DNA of 64,000 nucleotides from a virus. Lineage: Duplodnaviria > Caudoviricetes. A program made the translations under genes and the position numbers. Below are positions 19,501 to 28,549 of the stretch, one piece after another; position 1 is the first letter of the stretch; every line of letters begins with the position of its first letter. The notes under the pieces were generated by a model, which saw only the letters and a program-made list of their open reading frames with translations, ran no database searches and was not told the DNA's origin. Where the stretch lies: positions 192,001 to 256,000 of the IMG/VR virus record IMGVR_UViG_3300048598_000287; one strand, written 5' to 3'.

Positions 19501-19878
19501 CTAACGAAGGCATTCACATTTTTTAAGTGCATCTGATATCTCCTCACGGTCGGCAAGAGATGCTGAATCGGGAAGATGATCGAGTACGAAATCAATATAT
19601 GTATGCATTGATTCACATTTTGATTGATCATCCATATTTGTGTCAATTTGTTCTTCCAGGTCATCAATGTGGCCATCGATATCGCTAAGGCATTCCTTGA
19701 TGGATACTGCATCAAGCTGATTAACGATTTCGGTAAGCAGATCGGTAACCTGTTTCATTGTATATGTAGAACCCGGATCCGTTTTAGCAATCTGGGACAT
19801 CTTTTCAGACAGCAGTCGGCTCGTGTTGTCTATATATTCTTCGGCATCATCGGTATGTACTGCTAAATAATGATACAT
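19501..19878 (-). CDS. Hypothetical protein (125 aa, acidic)
   Basis: ATG after AAGGA; co-oriented with neighbours. Confidence 0.65.
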   Translation of the reverse strand: MYHYLAVHTDDAEEYIDNTSRLLSEKMSQIAKTDPGSTYTMKQVTDLLTEIVNQLDAVSIKECLSDIDGHIDDLEEQIDTNMDDQSKCESMHTYIDFVLDHLPDSASLADREEISDALKKCECLR

Positions 19879-19914
19879 ATGAATCCTTTTTTGAATGGGT
19901 ATCCGTTAATATAG

Positions 19915-19944
19915 AAATACATAGCCACGAGTGGCTATGTATTT
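19915..19944. terminator. Hairpin / probable terminator
   Basis: aaatacatagccac-ga-gtggctatgtattt, a perfect inverted repeat. Confidence 0.55.
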
Positions 19945-19956
19945 AAATTAAACGCA

Positions 19957-20271
19957 TCATCGCTTTGCAAATTTTGTCATCTTATCGCAAATCGTGCATA
20001 TAAGCTTGACATCATCAACGCGCATATGGCTAAGTTCTTTAATGCCAGATATGGCGTCTACGTTTTTCTTAAGTTCTTTCATGGTCTCATCGGCATCAAG
20101 CGTAACTCCGCTCAACTTAGCTGATTCAAACAATGCATCGATGAGTCCGGAGGATTTAAGCACCGCCATCCTACGATCACTGTCCCATATATCATCATTT
20201 TCTGATGAAGTTGTATTGCTAGACGTATTCCTAGAAAAGAATGCGTCTATTATTGATTTTATTATGGTCAT
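19957..20271 (-). CDS. Hypothetical protein (104 aa)
   Basis: ATG after AAGGAG. Confidence 0.65.
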   Translation of the reverse strand: MTIIKSIIDAFFSRNTSSNTTSSENDDIWDSDRRMAVLKSSGLIDALFESAKLSGVTLDADETMKELKKNVDAISGIKELSHMRVDDVKLICTICDKMTKFAKR

Positions 20272-20283
20272 TTTATCATCTCC

Positions 20284-22086
20284 TTATGGTTTAATGAAAT
20301 TTCTTAATATTATGCAATTCGGAATTTTCTGAATATCCGTATTATCGGCGCGCGTGTCACTTATACTCTTGCTATCGACTCTGTCATAATAATTGCATTC
20401 TTTATTATCCGGTTCGTTTACCGTCAATGGCATTACGCGTTGACTATCGGCGGCAACTTTCTTCCTTATATGCTCCATGGCGGCGCATAGGAATTTTTCG
20501 AATCTTTTTGATAGCTCGGTTGTTTTATCAAATGCATCGTAGCATTGGAAAACCGGGGATTTTTTATCCGATTCGGTGAAAAAATCAAAATTAACTTCAG
20601 CGCATACAGTTTTCCAATTGAAAAACATGGATTTCCTATTTATGAGGGATCCAAGGCAATGGTGAAATTTCACCACATATGCCCTCATCTGAAAGGTAGT
20701 CTTTATACGGAAATGTTCAATATACCACGGCATTTTATATGGGCATTTCATTATGTCATCATTAGGTATTATATTAAGTGCAGATTCGGCCATCGCCCTT
20801 TCATGTATTTCAGAACATTGCTTTAAAACAGTTTTCGCCGTCTTTCCTGAAGGAATGCATAATGGTATCTTTCCGTCGAGTTCCTTTATTATAGTTAACG
20901 CATCATTTAGATATGTATTAAAATCATGGATAAGCCCTAGCCGTATATGATATTCAGTTGTATCTTTTGAGTCTGGCTTAAAAAATTCAAACATTGATAA
21001 AAATGCACGTTTATCAGTAGATATTTTGATAAGGATTTCGGATATTGTTTGCCGGTTTAATTCAGTCATACGGTAATATTCAGCATCAACAGGCTCATCC
21101 GCAGCCTCCATACTATCATCTATGTCCGTATCCTCCATGATATCGTGCTGGTTACCATGGATTTTTCCTAAATTTTCATATGCTGAATTGATGATAAGCC
21201 GTGAATCATTGTTCAAAGCCCTGCATGTTCCCGTAGCATTTGCTTCCGATGTGAACGGTATGTTAAGAAAATTTTTACAATAGTATATAGATGGGATTTT
21301 GAGAAGATACCTGGATGTTGCTGGTTTACATAATACAGTGTCATATGAATCAGAAGAACAATATTTATGCGGGTTTTCATCAGGTAAAGAAGACGTCAAC
21401 TTATATGTCCATTGTTCCATGGTATCAAAGAAAAGAACATATTTAGGAAACTTTCTGTTCATCTTCTGAAAAATATTCTTTATTTTCTTATTTACTGCTG
21501 CACGAGAAGAACATTCTTTAACATCTATTGCTGTATTATTAATACGGCAGATCAGGACGCCAAAATTAGGTTCCGAATGTTTAGAAATATCTGCTAAAAG
21601 CTGCATCCCGCAATCCGATAGCATTGCCAATTTAATAATGTTCTCTTCAAGCCAATAATGAGTCATATATGACGCATTGATGTTCATTGACCTAGCGCGA
21701 GAAAGTATTTCCTGTATACGGGCAATCATTAAACTGTCAATGCCTAGCCAAGGTGCATATTTATCGATGATGAGCCTTTTAGCTGAATCAGATAATACAT
21801 ATTCATAGATATCATTATTGTCACTGGAATCAGTATGACAATTTATTCTTAGCGGATCGTTATATTTCACATCAATATATGTCCGGTATTTATCGCAGGC
21901 AAAAAATAGTCGCATGTTATCATCAGACATGTTGCAGTCTACATAATCAGAAACGCACAAGATTTTATTTGCATTTAAAGCAGGAGCATCAGAGGCATTT
22001 ATGAAATCAGACCAGTGTAAATAAAATGTTCCATTTGATATACTATCTTTGCTATAACGCATTTGGCATCCTGTATTTGCTTCCAT
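20284..22086 (-). CDS. Hypothetical protein (600 aa), weak PcfJ-like C-terminus
   Basis: Long ORF; FHHCLGS resembles the PcfJ HHCV motif, weakly. Confidence 0.6.
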   Translation of the reverse strand: MEANTGCQMRYSKDSISNGTFYLHWSDFINASDAPALNANKILCVSDYVDCNMSDDNMRLFFACDKYRTYIDVKYNDPLRINCHTDSSDNNDIYEYVLSDSAKRLIIDKYAPWLGIDSLMIARIQEILSRARSMNINASYMTHYWLEENIIKLAMLSDCGMQLLADISKHSEPNFGVLICRINNTAIDVKECSSRAAVNKKIKNIFQKMNRKFPKYVLFFDTMEQWTYKLTSSLPDENPHKYCSSDSYDTVLCKPATSRYLLKIPSIYYCKNFLNIPFTSEANATGTCRALNNDSRLIINSAYENLGKIHGNQHDIMEDTDIDDSMEAADEPVDAEYYRMTELNRQTISEILIKISTDKRAFLSMFEFFKPDSKDTTEYHIRLGLIHDFNTYLNDALTIIKELDGKIPLCIPSGKTAKTVLKQCSEIHERAMAESALNIIPNDDIMKCPYKMPWYIEHFRIKTTFQMRAYVVKFHHCLGSLINRKSMFFNWKTVCAEVNFDFFTESDKKSPVFQCYDAFDKTTELSKRFEKFLCAAMEHIRKKVAADSQRVMPLTVNEPDNKECNYYDRVDSKSISDTRADNTDIQKIPNCIILRNFIKP

Positions 22087-22186
22087 ATATTCTTTTGCTA
22101 AAGTTCATCAGTAATTCTTTAATATAGTAAAAAATAACCGTTATGTCAATGCTATTTTAAAAAATCGCCTGATGTTCCGAATTCCA
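21999..22186. repeat. Direct repeat copy 1 (188 bp)
   Basis: Matches 25023-25207 with 5 substitutions and 2 small indels. Confidence 0.95.
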
Positions 22187-24935
22187 CTTTGGGGAGGGCA
22201 TCGACGATGTCCATGGTTTTGATGCTTAGGTCGATGACAGAAAGGAGGGTGTCGAGGATGTAGCGGGGGTTTTGGTGTTCTTTTGCCCAGTCGTTGCAGT
22301 CGTTTGTGATTAGGCTCGCTTTGTCCTGGGTGACGGCATAGCGCTCGACTATCCAATCGATGGCGGATTTACCGTTTACGATGTAATCGTAGGCACGGGC
22401 GGGAATGTTTTCAATGGTGATCTGAGGGTTGTAGAGAATCTTGAATTTGTCGGACTTGCCTGCGAAGCGCATTTTGTCAGGAATGCGGAAATACTTGTAG
22501 TCTTCAGGGGTGCCGCTTGCGCTTTTGTCCCCTGCGATGTTTATGCCGAGTTTTTTGGCGAGCGCCCTGGCCTCGGCGGTGGATTTCTCATAATTCAGAT
22601 GGAGACCGGCTAGGGCGCGGCCCGCTTTTTCAAAGGCGGCGAAATCTTCGTAGCCGGAGACGAAAATGATTTTCGGGAGCGATTTCTTGAGGTCGTCTTT
22701 GAAAGTTTCCCGGTAGTCCTTGCTGTGGAGGAACCCGTAGACGTAATAGAAGATGTTTTCTTTGGTGATTTTTTTGTTTGCACCGTAGATGCGTCTGGCT
22801 TCAGCTAGAGCCCAGTTGGAGACCCCGTCTTTCCTTTCAAGTTCCTGTGCAAAGAGGTCGCCTTTATTTTGTTCCGAATAGTAATGGAACGGGAAACATT
22901 GACTTTTCCCTATGAGTTCAAGGTCAGGAAGAGTATTTGAAATGATACAGGAAAAATCTTTGGTTACGCCAATTCCAGAAACGCAGATGACGAGGTTTTG
23001 CGTATCGGGGGTGGGGAAAAGACGAGGGCTAAGGCCAAAGCACTCTATTAAATCATTTTGAGCATATAAATTTTGTTTTTGAAAGGGTCGATAAGATCCC
23101 AATCTTACAAAATCATCGGAATATTCAATATTTTTTCCATTGACTAGTGATTTTTTTAGTCCGCGTGTCCAACTTATTTTTGTTGGATCACTGCTGAGAA
23201 TGTCTTCCAGTTTCTTTCCTGATTTTACTGCTTTTTTATATAATTCCCGCTGAGAATTGTAGAAATCTACACATGATTTCATATTCTTTTGCAGGTTTTT
23301 CTCCGAGAATGAATAAACCCAAGAATCTCTATTTGTAGCCACACCAATAGCATTTGTTTCAAACAAACTTTTTGTTCCCGTGTCAAATTTCTTTTCAGGA
23401 GCAAGTGGTGTTAGCGTATCAAATACGCCGCCACGTTGGTTGATCCAGTCGGCTTTTTCGTTGGGTGTAATTTGTTCCCACTTTATATGTTGAATGGATA
23501 CAGCTTCTTTCAATATTTCCAGTTTACGCTCCCGGGTCAGGTAGTCGCCGATGTCGTGGTAATGGATTTCGCAGGGCCGCCCTTTCTTCGCGGGATTGTA
23601 AACGAGGAAGGTGATGGTCACGGGAGTACGGCTGCCGCTCCCGAATATTTTGCCGCCTTCTTTCCTTGAAAGTTCTCCGCTCGTCCGCTGGTTCCCTCGT
23701 AGGTTGAGTACCCAGATGCCCGTGAACTCTTCGACCAGACATTTCCGCATACCGTCCTGCCCGTTGCCGTCCAACCAGCCGCCATTGGAGATAAAGGCGA
23801 CGATGCCGCCTTCCTTGTTCTTTTGAATGCGGTCGCTTGCAAAACGGAATGCCTTGATATAGGAATCGTAAAGGGATTTTTTCAGGTTTGCGGTGGATTT
23901 CGCGGCATAGCTATCTTCAACCCTGGCGTCCAATACAGGGTAGCTTAAATTCTGGGCGTTGTCGTTTGCGCTTTTTTGCCCTACGGAATAGGGCGGGTTC
24001 CCGATTATCACGCGGACAGGAATTCTACGCTGCCGTTCCACTTCCCTGTAGTTGTCATCAAAGTAGCCATCCAGCTTCGCCGCCTCCTGGCTGCTTCCGT
24101 CATCGCTTTCCGCCGTCTGGAAGGTATCGGTCAGGCAGATTCCGTTAAAGGGCAGGTATGCGGCCGACTTGTTCAAATCGTGGTAGACGCTTTCGATGTT
24201 CACGTCGGCAATGTAATAGGCGAGCAGCACGATTTCATTCGCGTGGAGTTCCTTTTTGTATTTGCGCTCCATGTCCTCCTTTTGAATGAGTCCGCTCTGA
24301 AGGAGCCTCGTGATGAACGTGCCCGTTCCCGTGAACGGATCCATGATGTGAACGTCGCGGTTCGTCAGATCGGTTTTGAATTCATCGTGCAGAAGAATAT
24401 TCACGGAATGGATGATAAAGTCAACGCACTCGATCGGCGTATAGACTATGCCCAGTTTTTCAACCGTGGTCGGGAACGCGGATTTGAAGAACTTTTCGTA
24501 GAGTTCCTTGATGACTTTCTGCTTGCCTTCGAGGTTATCGAGCTGTCCGACGTTTGTGCGCACGGAGGTATAGAATTTTTCCAGTTCCCCGGCCTCTTCG
24601 TTCACGCCCTGCTTCTGGAGTTCCCTGATGACGCGGGCCATGGTACGCGATATGGAATTGTTGTCGACGAACTTGTAGTCGGCGAACAGGGCGTCGAATA
24701 CAGGCTGCGTGATCATGTGCTGGGCGAGCATCTGCACCGCGTCGTTTTCGGTCACGGAATTGTTGATGTTCTTCCGGAGCGCCGCCAGATATTTTTCAAA
24801 GAGCTGCTTTGTCCGGCTGTTCTGCTCCGCTCGCAGGTAGTCAATCCGGGCGATGTATTTCTTCGCGATGACGCCGACATCCTGCTTTCTTGCATTCGCA
24901 AAATTGATCGTATGATTTGTTGAACGGGCCATCAT
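22152..24935 (-). CDS. Chimeric orphan methyltransferase: tnpB-like N-terminus, type ISP MTase/TRD, and tail of the neighbouring phage gene
   Basis: GIVYTP, DPFTGTGTF, IIGNPPY, KSQCFP, YVYGFLHS and YIVNGKSAIDW are type ISP (LlaGI/LlaBIII-like) C-terminal motifs; no nuclease or helicase domains. Starts MMARSTNHTINFANARKQD and ends EFGTSGDFLK. Confidence 0.88.
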   Translation of the reverse strand: MMARSTNHTINFANARKQDVGVIAKKYIARIDYLRAEQNSRTKQLFEKYLAALRKNINNSVTENDAVQMLAQHMITQPVFDALFADYKFVDNNSISRTMARVIRELQKQGVNEEAGELEKFYTSVRTNVGQLDNLEGKQKVIKELYEKFFKSAFPTTVEKLGIVYTPIECVDFIIHSVNILLHDEFKTDLTNRDVHIMDPFTGTGTFITRLLQSGLIQKEDMERKYKKELHANEIVLLAYYIADVNIESVYHDLNKSAAYLPFNGICLTDTFQTAESDDGSSQEAAKLDGYFDDNYREVERQRRIPVRVIIGNPPYSVGQKSANDNAQNLSYPVLDARVEDSYAAKSTANLKKSLYDSYIKAFRFASDRIQKNKEGGIVAFISNGGWLDGNGQDGMRKCLVEEFTGIWVLNLRGNQRTSGELSRKEGGKIFGSGSRTPVTITFLVYNPAKKGRPCEIHYHDIGDYLTRERKLEILKEAVSIQHIKWEQITPNEKADWINQRGGVFDTLTPLAPEKKFDTGTKSLFETNAIGVATNRDSWVYSFSEKNLQKNMKSCVDFYNSQRELYKKAVKSGKKLEDILSSDPTKISWTRGLKKSLVNGKNIEYSDDFVRLGSYRPFQKQNLYAQNDLIECFGLSPRLFPTPDTQNLVICVSGIGVTKDFSCIISNTLPDLELIGKSQCFPFHYYSEQNKGDLFAQELERKDGVSNWALAEARRIYGANKKITKENIFYYVYGFLHSKDYRETFKDDLKKSLPKIIFVSGYEDFAAFEKAGRALAGLHLNYEKSTAEARALAKKLGINIAGDKSASGTPEDYKYFRIPDKMRFAGKSDKFKILYNPQITIENIPARAYDYIVNGKSAIDWIVERYAVTQDKASLITNDCNDWAKEHQNPRYILDTLLSVIDLSIKTMDIVDALPKVEFGTSGDFLK

Positions 24936-25027
24936 ATAAATAGTTTATATCCTTCATATAAATTATATCTTTATTAACTTACACTCTTGCATATATTCCA
25001 TCAATTTACTATATTTTCTGTATTATG
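24878..25027 (-). repeat. tnpB-like element 5' end, copy 2
   Basis: Homolog of 12877-13026; contains TATAAACTA and the ATG of the chimeric MTase. Confidence 0.9.
24941..24949 (-). promoter_or_regulatory. Late promoter motif TATAAACTA upstream of chimeric MTase
   Basis: 5 nt before ATG 24935. Confidence 0.7.
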
Positions 25028-25207
25028 AAATCAGACCAGCGTAAATAAAATGTTCCATTTGATATGCTATCTTTGCTATAACGCATTTGCATCCTGTATT
25101 TGCTTCCATATATTCTTTTGCTAAAGCTCATCAGTAATTCTTTAATATAGAAAAATAACCGTTATGCCAATGCTATTTTAAAAAATCACCTGATGTTCCG
25201 AATTCCA
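25023..25207. repeat. Direct repeat copy 2 (185 bp)
   Basis: Contains the 3' end of gene 25173-26699, the intergenic region, and a frameshifted 5' stub of gene 20284-22086. Confidence 0.95.
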
Positions 25208-26699
25208 TCCGTTCCTCTTCGGTAAATGTAGGAATTTCAATATTTGAAAGGGCGTCGTCAAAAATTTTCTTAGCTGCTGAAGCATATCGTTCATCTACGA
25301 TAATGCTGTCATGAACGGTGCAGACAGGACAATGTAAGTTATTTTTAATATTTTTGTAAACTATTCCAAATACAAGATGGCTTTCTGTACGTTGAAGTTC
25401 ATGCGCCAAAGCTGTATGATTTTTATATTTAATTAGCTGTATTACCTTATAAAGAGAAGGAAACTCTGCTTTCCATATATATTGAATGGCTTTAACGAGC
25501 CGATGCTTCTTGTGAGAGAAGAACGGTCCGCAGAAAAGGCATGTGAGAAATTCTTTCTTGACTTCAGAACGGTCGCATGAAAGACACATAGAATCATTAA
25601 GAAAAGAAAGAAAATGTTCATAAAGAGAACCAGAAACAAGAAGTGAACGATAGGAAGAGAGGTCAGAGTGGAAAGTTTTAATGAAAGAAGAAGTAAATAA
25701 AGTGGAATAATGTGAGTAATCAAATTTCATATCTATATATGAATCCACAATATGTTCTCGCCCGTCATAATGTGATATGAAGTTATCGAACACCTTGTAT
25801 AGAAAAGCTCCCTGAGAACTTTTAATGTCAATTCCCACAGTTGGACGTCCATCACATAATATACAGTTTTTTCTGACTTCTTTTTTTATCTGCGTTATGT
25901 TTGTATGGACTCGTCCATATGCGTCTCTTTTGCAATATATAGAATATGGATCATTGACATATCCGTCAAATGCGTCAACCTTGTGCAATTCTTCAGACAT
26001 TCGTTCGGCTGATATCTTATTTTTTGATACCATATCTGATAATATTCGATGGCTTTTATCTTTATCTATTGAAAAATGCTGTAAATCTTCATATAGTTCC
26101 CTGATTTGTGGAAGACTCATCTGTTCTTTCTTTACTTCTTCTGCATGAAGCGAAAGCCTTCTATAAAGTCTTGGATTTGAAATTTTAATTACCCGGACTC
26201 CGCCCTGCCTTTTTGGAATGTCGCCTGATGTCTCCTGATTTTTTGTAATCAGATATCTATGGACATATAACAGGAAATCTGAAGTGAACCAATAGTGCTT
26301 ACATTTTCCTTTCACTTCTTTCGTACCTTTTATATATGAGTCGCTTCTACCGATGATGCCCATTTGTATAAGGATTTTTACATATTTTAGATAGTTAGAT
26401 CCTATTATTCGATTGTATATGCGTGAATATATAGGAACCGCCCATCGTGTAAGATCTATAGGCCATCCATGTTTCATTGCTATGTTGAATGCTATCTGAT
26501 ATCGTCGATATATCGTATTTATGATGTACAGAAGGTATTCATAGTTTTCCGCTATGCTTCCAGATAGCTCATTATTGGTTTGCATATATTCAAATATACG
26601 GTTAGGCACAAGCATCTTGTCGAAAGTGTATAAGCTGTCCGACTCTGCGAAGTGGTCTAGTACGTTTATTGAAGAAAATGCGTTTTTTGTCATCGCCAT
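25173..26699 (-). CDS. Divergent family-A polymerase-like protein
   Basis: YGRVH, GIDIKSSQ (motif A-like), RSEVKK (motif B-like), LQRTES and TVHDSI (motif C-like) in the expected order; no exonuclease motifs seen; start uncertain. Confidence 0.55.
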   Translation of the reverse strand: MAMTKNAFSSINVLDHFAESDSLYTFDKMLVPNRIFEYMQTNNELSGSIAENYEYLLYIINTIYRRYQIAFNIAMKHGWPIDLTRWAVPIYSRIYNRIIGSNYLKYVKILIQMGIIGRSDSYIKGTKEVKGKCKHYWFTSDFLLYVHRYLITKNQETSGDIPKRQGGVRVIKISNPRLYRRLSLHAEEVKKEQMSLPQIRELYEDLQHFSIDKDKSHRILSDMVSKNKISAERMSEELHKVDAFDGYVNDPYSIYCKRDAYGRVHTNITQIKKEVRKNCILCDGRPTVGIDIKSSQGAFLYKVFDNFISHYDGREHIVDSYIDMKFDYSHYSTLFTSSFIKTFHSDLSSYRSLLVSGSLYEHFLSFLNDSMCLSCDRSEVKKEFLTCLFCGPFFSHKKHRLVKAIQYIWKAEFPSLYKVIQLIKYKNHTALAHELQRTESHLVFGIVYKNIKNNLHCPVCTVHDSIIVDERYASAAKKIFDDALSNIEIPTFTEEERMEFGTSGDFLK

Positions 26700-26827
26700 A
26701 CAATATACATTTTTCTGAATCATTTTTGGCAAAATTCATGAAAAATGGCAGTTATGCTCATTAAAAACGTATTTTAATGGTGCAGAGCACCTTGGTAAGG
26801 AAATGCTAATGGTTTCGGAGATAACAG

Positions 26828-28549
26828 ATGAACGCATATTTTGATTTTTTAGAAGGAAATTCGTCGGTTGTGACCGTTTCCGGAGGAAGTGACACGGCAA
26901 TGCGTCGCGTATATAGTTTTATGAACGGGGCCATAAAGTATCATGACAAGCAGGCCGAATATAGCGATGAATATAAATATGGTTTCGGAGATAATTTTGT
27001 TAATTTTTATGATAGAAAAACCAATTCGCTGCCAATAGGACTTATTCCGAGATTATGTTCTCTTATAAAGGGACAGTTTCCTGATATTACGATAGGGCTT
27101 TCTCCTCGCATCCGTTCGATGTTCACCCCTCCGGTTCACCTTAGCAACGAAGACATACTTAAGTATGCAGATACGCTTAATATACATGACCGTAAGAGTG
27201 GACACGCGATGTCTCTTTATGATCATCAGCTTAAGCTAATATATGAGGCGATGAATCATAGAAGAGGATCATTGAAGGCGTGCACATCGGCAGGTAAATC
27301 ATTGGCCATGTATGTCATGACAAGATATTTGAATGAAGTCGAGCATAGGAAAGTACTGATCGTAGTTCCTAATCAGGGTCTGGTACTTCAGCTTTACAAT
27401 AATTTTTATGACGATTATGGCTGGGATGATGCTGGAAATACATGCACGCTTATATACAGTGATTCCAAGGATAAGGTCACCGCTGCTAAAAAGAAGAAGC
27501 TGGCTGAGCTTAACATGGGAGAACAGGCGATGCTTAAGCCGGTGACTATTTCCACATGGCAGAGTCTTCAGCATAAAGAGCCGGAGTTTTTCAAATCATT
27601 TCAGGCAGTCATAGTGGACGAGGCGCACGGTACCAGGGGAATTAAACTACGGACGATACTTGATTTATGTATTAACGCAGATAATTTCAAGATAGGCGTG
27701 TCCGGAACGCTTCCTGATGATGGTCTTGACGCAGGATATATAGAATCATCATTAGGTAAAAAATACGACATAGTGAATCTTAATGAATTGGTCGAGAAAG
27801 GACTGCTTACTCCTGTTAAGGTGGTCGCTCTTTTTGTGCCTTATCCTGTGGATTGCCGCCCTATGATATGTTATTCCAAGTTCGATGAAGAATACTCCAT
27901 CGTTACTGGAAACCGTAGCCGGCTTGACATAATGGACATGCTTATCGGAAGCGGAAAAATAACGACATCGCAGAACACCGTTATACTTTTCAGAAACATA
28001 ACTCCTCTTGAGACGATGCTGTCTTATTTATCTGAAACACATCCGGAATTCAAATATCATGTGATAAAGGGAGAAATAAAGGCGTCTGAAAGAGAGTCCA
28101 TAAGGAACATGATGGAAGACAGTTCTGGAAATATACTCATCGGTACATATGGATGCCTACAGGCCGGGATGAACATAAAGAATCTGGATAATCTGGTTTT
28201 CGGAGATCCTGGAAAGTCAATGTATATGATTTGCCAATCGATAGGAAGAATTGTGCGGAAGAATTTTGGAAAAGAGGTGGCTACTTGCTATGATATAGTT
28301 GATGATGCATCCTATCTAGTTCATGGACGTAAAAGAGGAAATTACATGAGGCAAAACTGCATGGTAAGGCATTTTGGAGAGCGGATGAAATATTACGAGA
28401 ACGACCATATTCCGGTTACTACGGTTGATCTTTCCGGGATTGTAGATGCCGATATAAAAATAGATGACATAAAGAAAAAGCGGAAGGAAAAGGCCGATAG
28501 GAAAGGCAAAAAACCCAATAAAATGAAAGGATACCGTAGGCAGTTTTAA
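26828..28549 (+). CDS. uvsW: SF2 DNA helicase, UvsW-like
   Basis: CTSAGKS, ISTWQSL, VDEAH, SGT and QSIGR motifs. Confidence 0.88.
   Translation: MNAYFDFLEGNSSVVTVSGGSDTAMRRVYSFMNGAIKYHDKQAEYSDEYKYGFGDNFVNFYDRKTNSLPIGLIPRLCSLIKGQFPDITIGLSPRIRSMFTPPVHLSNEDILKYADTLNIHDRKSGHAMSLYDHQLKLIYEAMNHRRGSLKACTSAGKSLAMYVMTRYLNEVEHRKVLIVVPNQGLVLQLYNNFYDDYGWDDAGNTCTLIYSDSKDKVTAAKKKKLAELNMGEQAMLKPVTISTWQSLQHKEPEFFKSFQAVIVDEAHGTRGIKLRTILDLCINADNFKIGVSGTLPDDGLDAGYIESSLGKKYDIVNLNELVEKGLLTPVKVVALFVPYPVDCRPMICYSKFDEEYSIVTGNRSRLDIMDMLIGSGKITTSQNTVILFRNITPLETMLSYLSETHPEFKYHVIKGEIKASERESIRNMMEDSSGNILIGTYGCLQAGMNIKNLDNLVFGDPGKSMYMICQSIGRIVRKNFGKEVATCYDIVDDASYLVHGRKRGNYMRQNCMVRHFGERMKYYENDHIPVTTVDLSGIVDADIKIDDIKKKRKEKADRKGKKPNKMKGYRRQF

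Noticed and set aside
23976-24923. 315 aa plus-strand ORF
   Set aside because: Antisense shadow of the GC-rich type ISP gene; no motifs or RBS.
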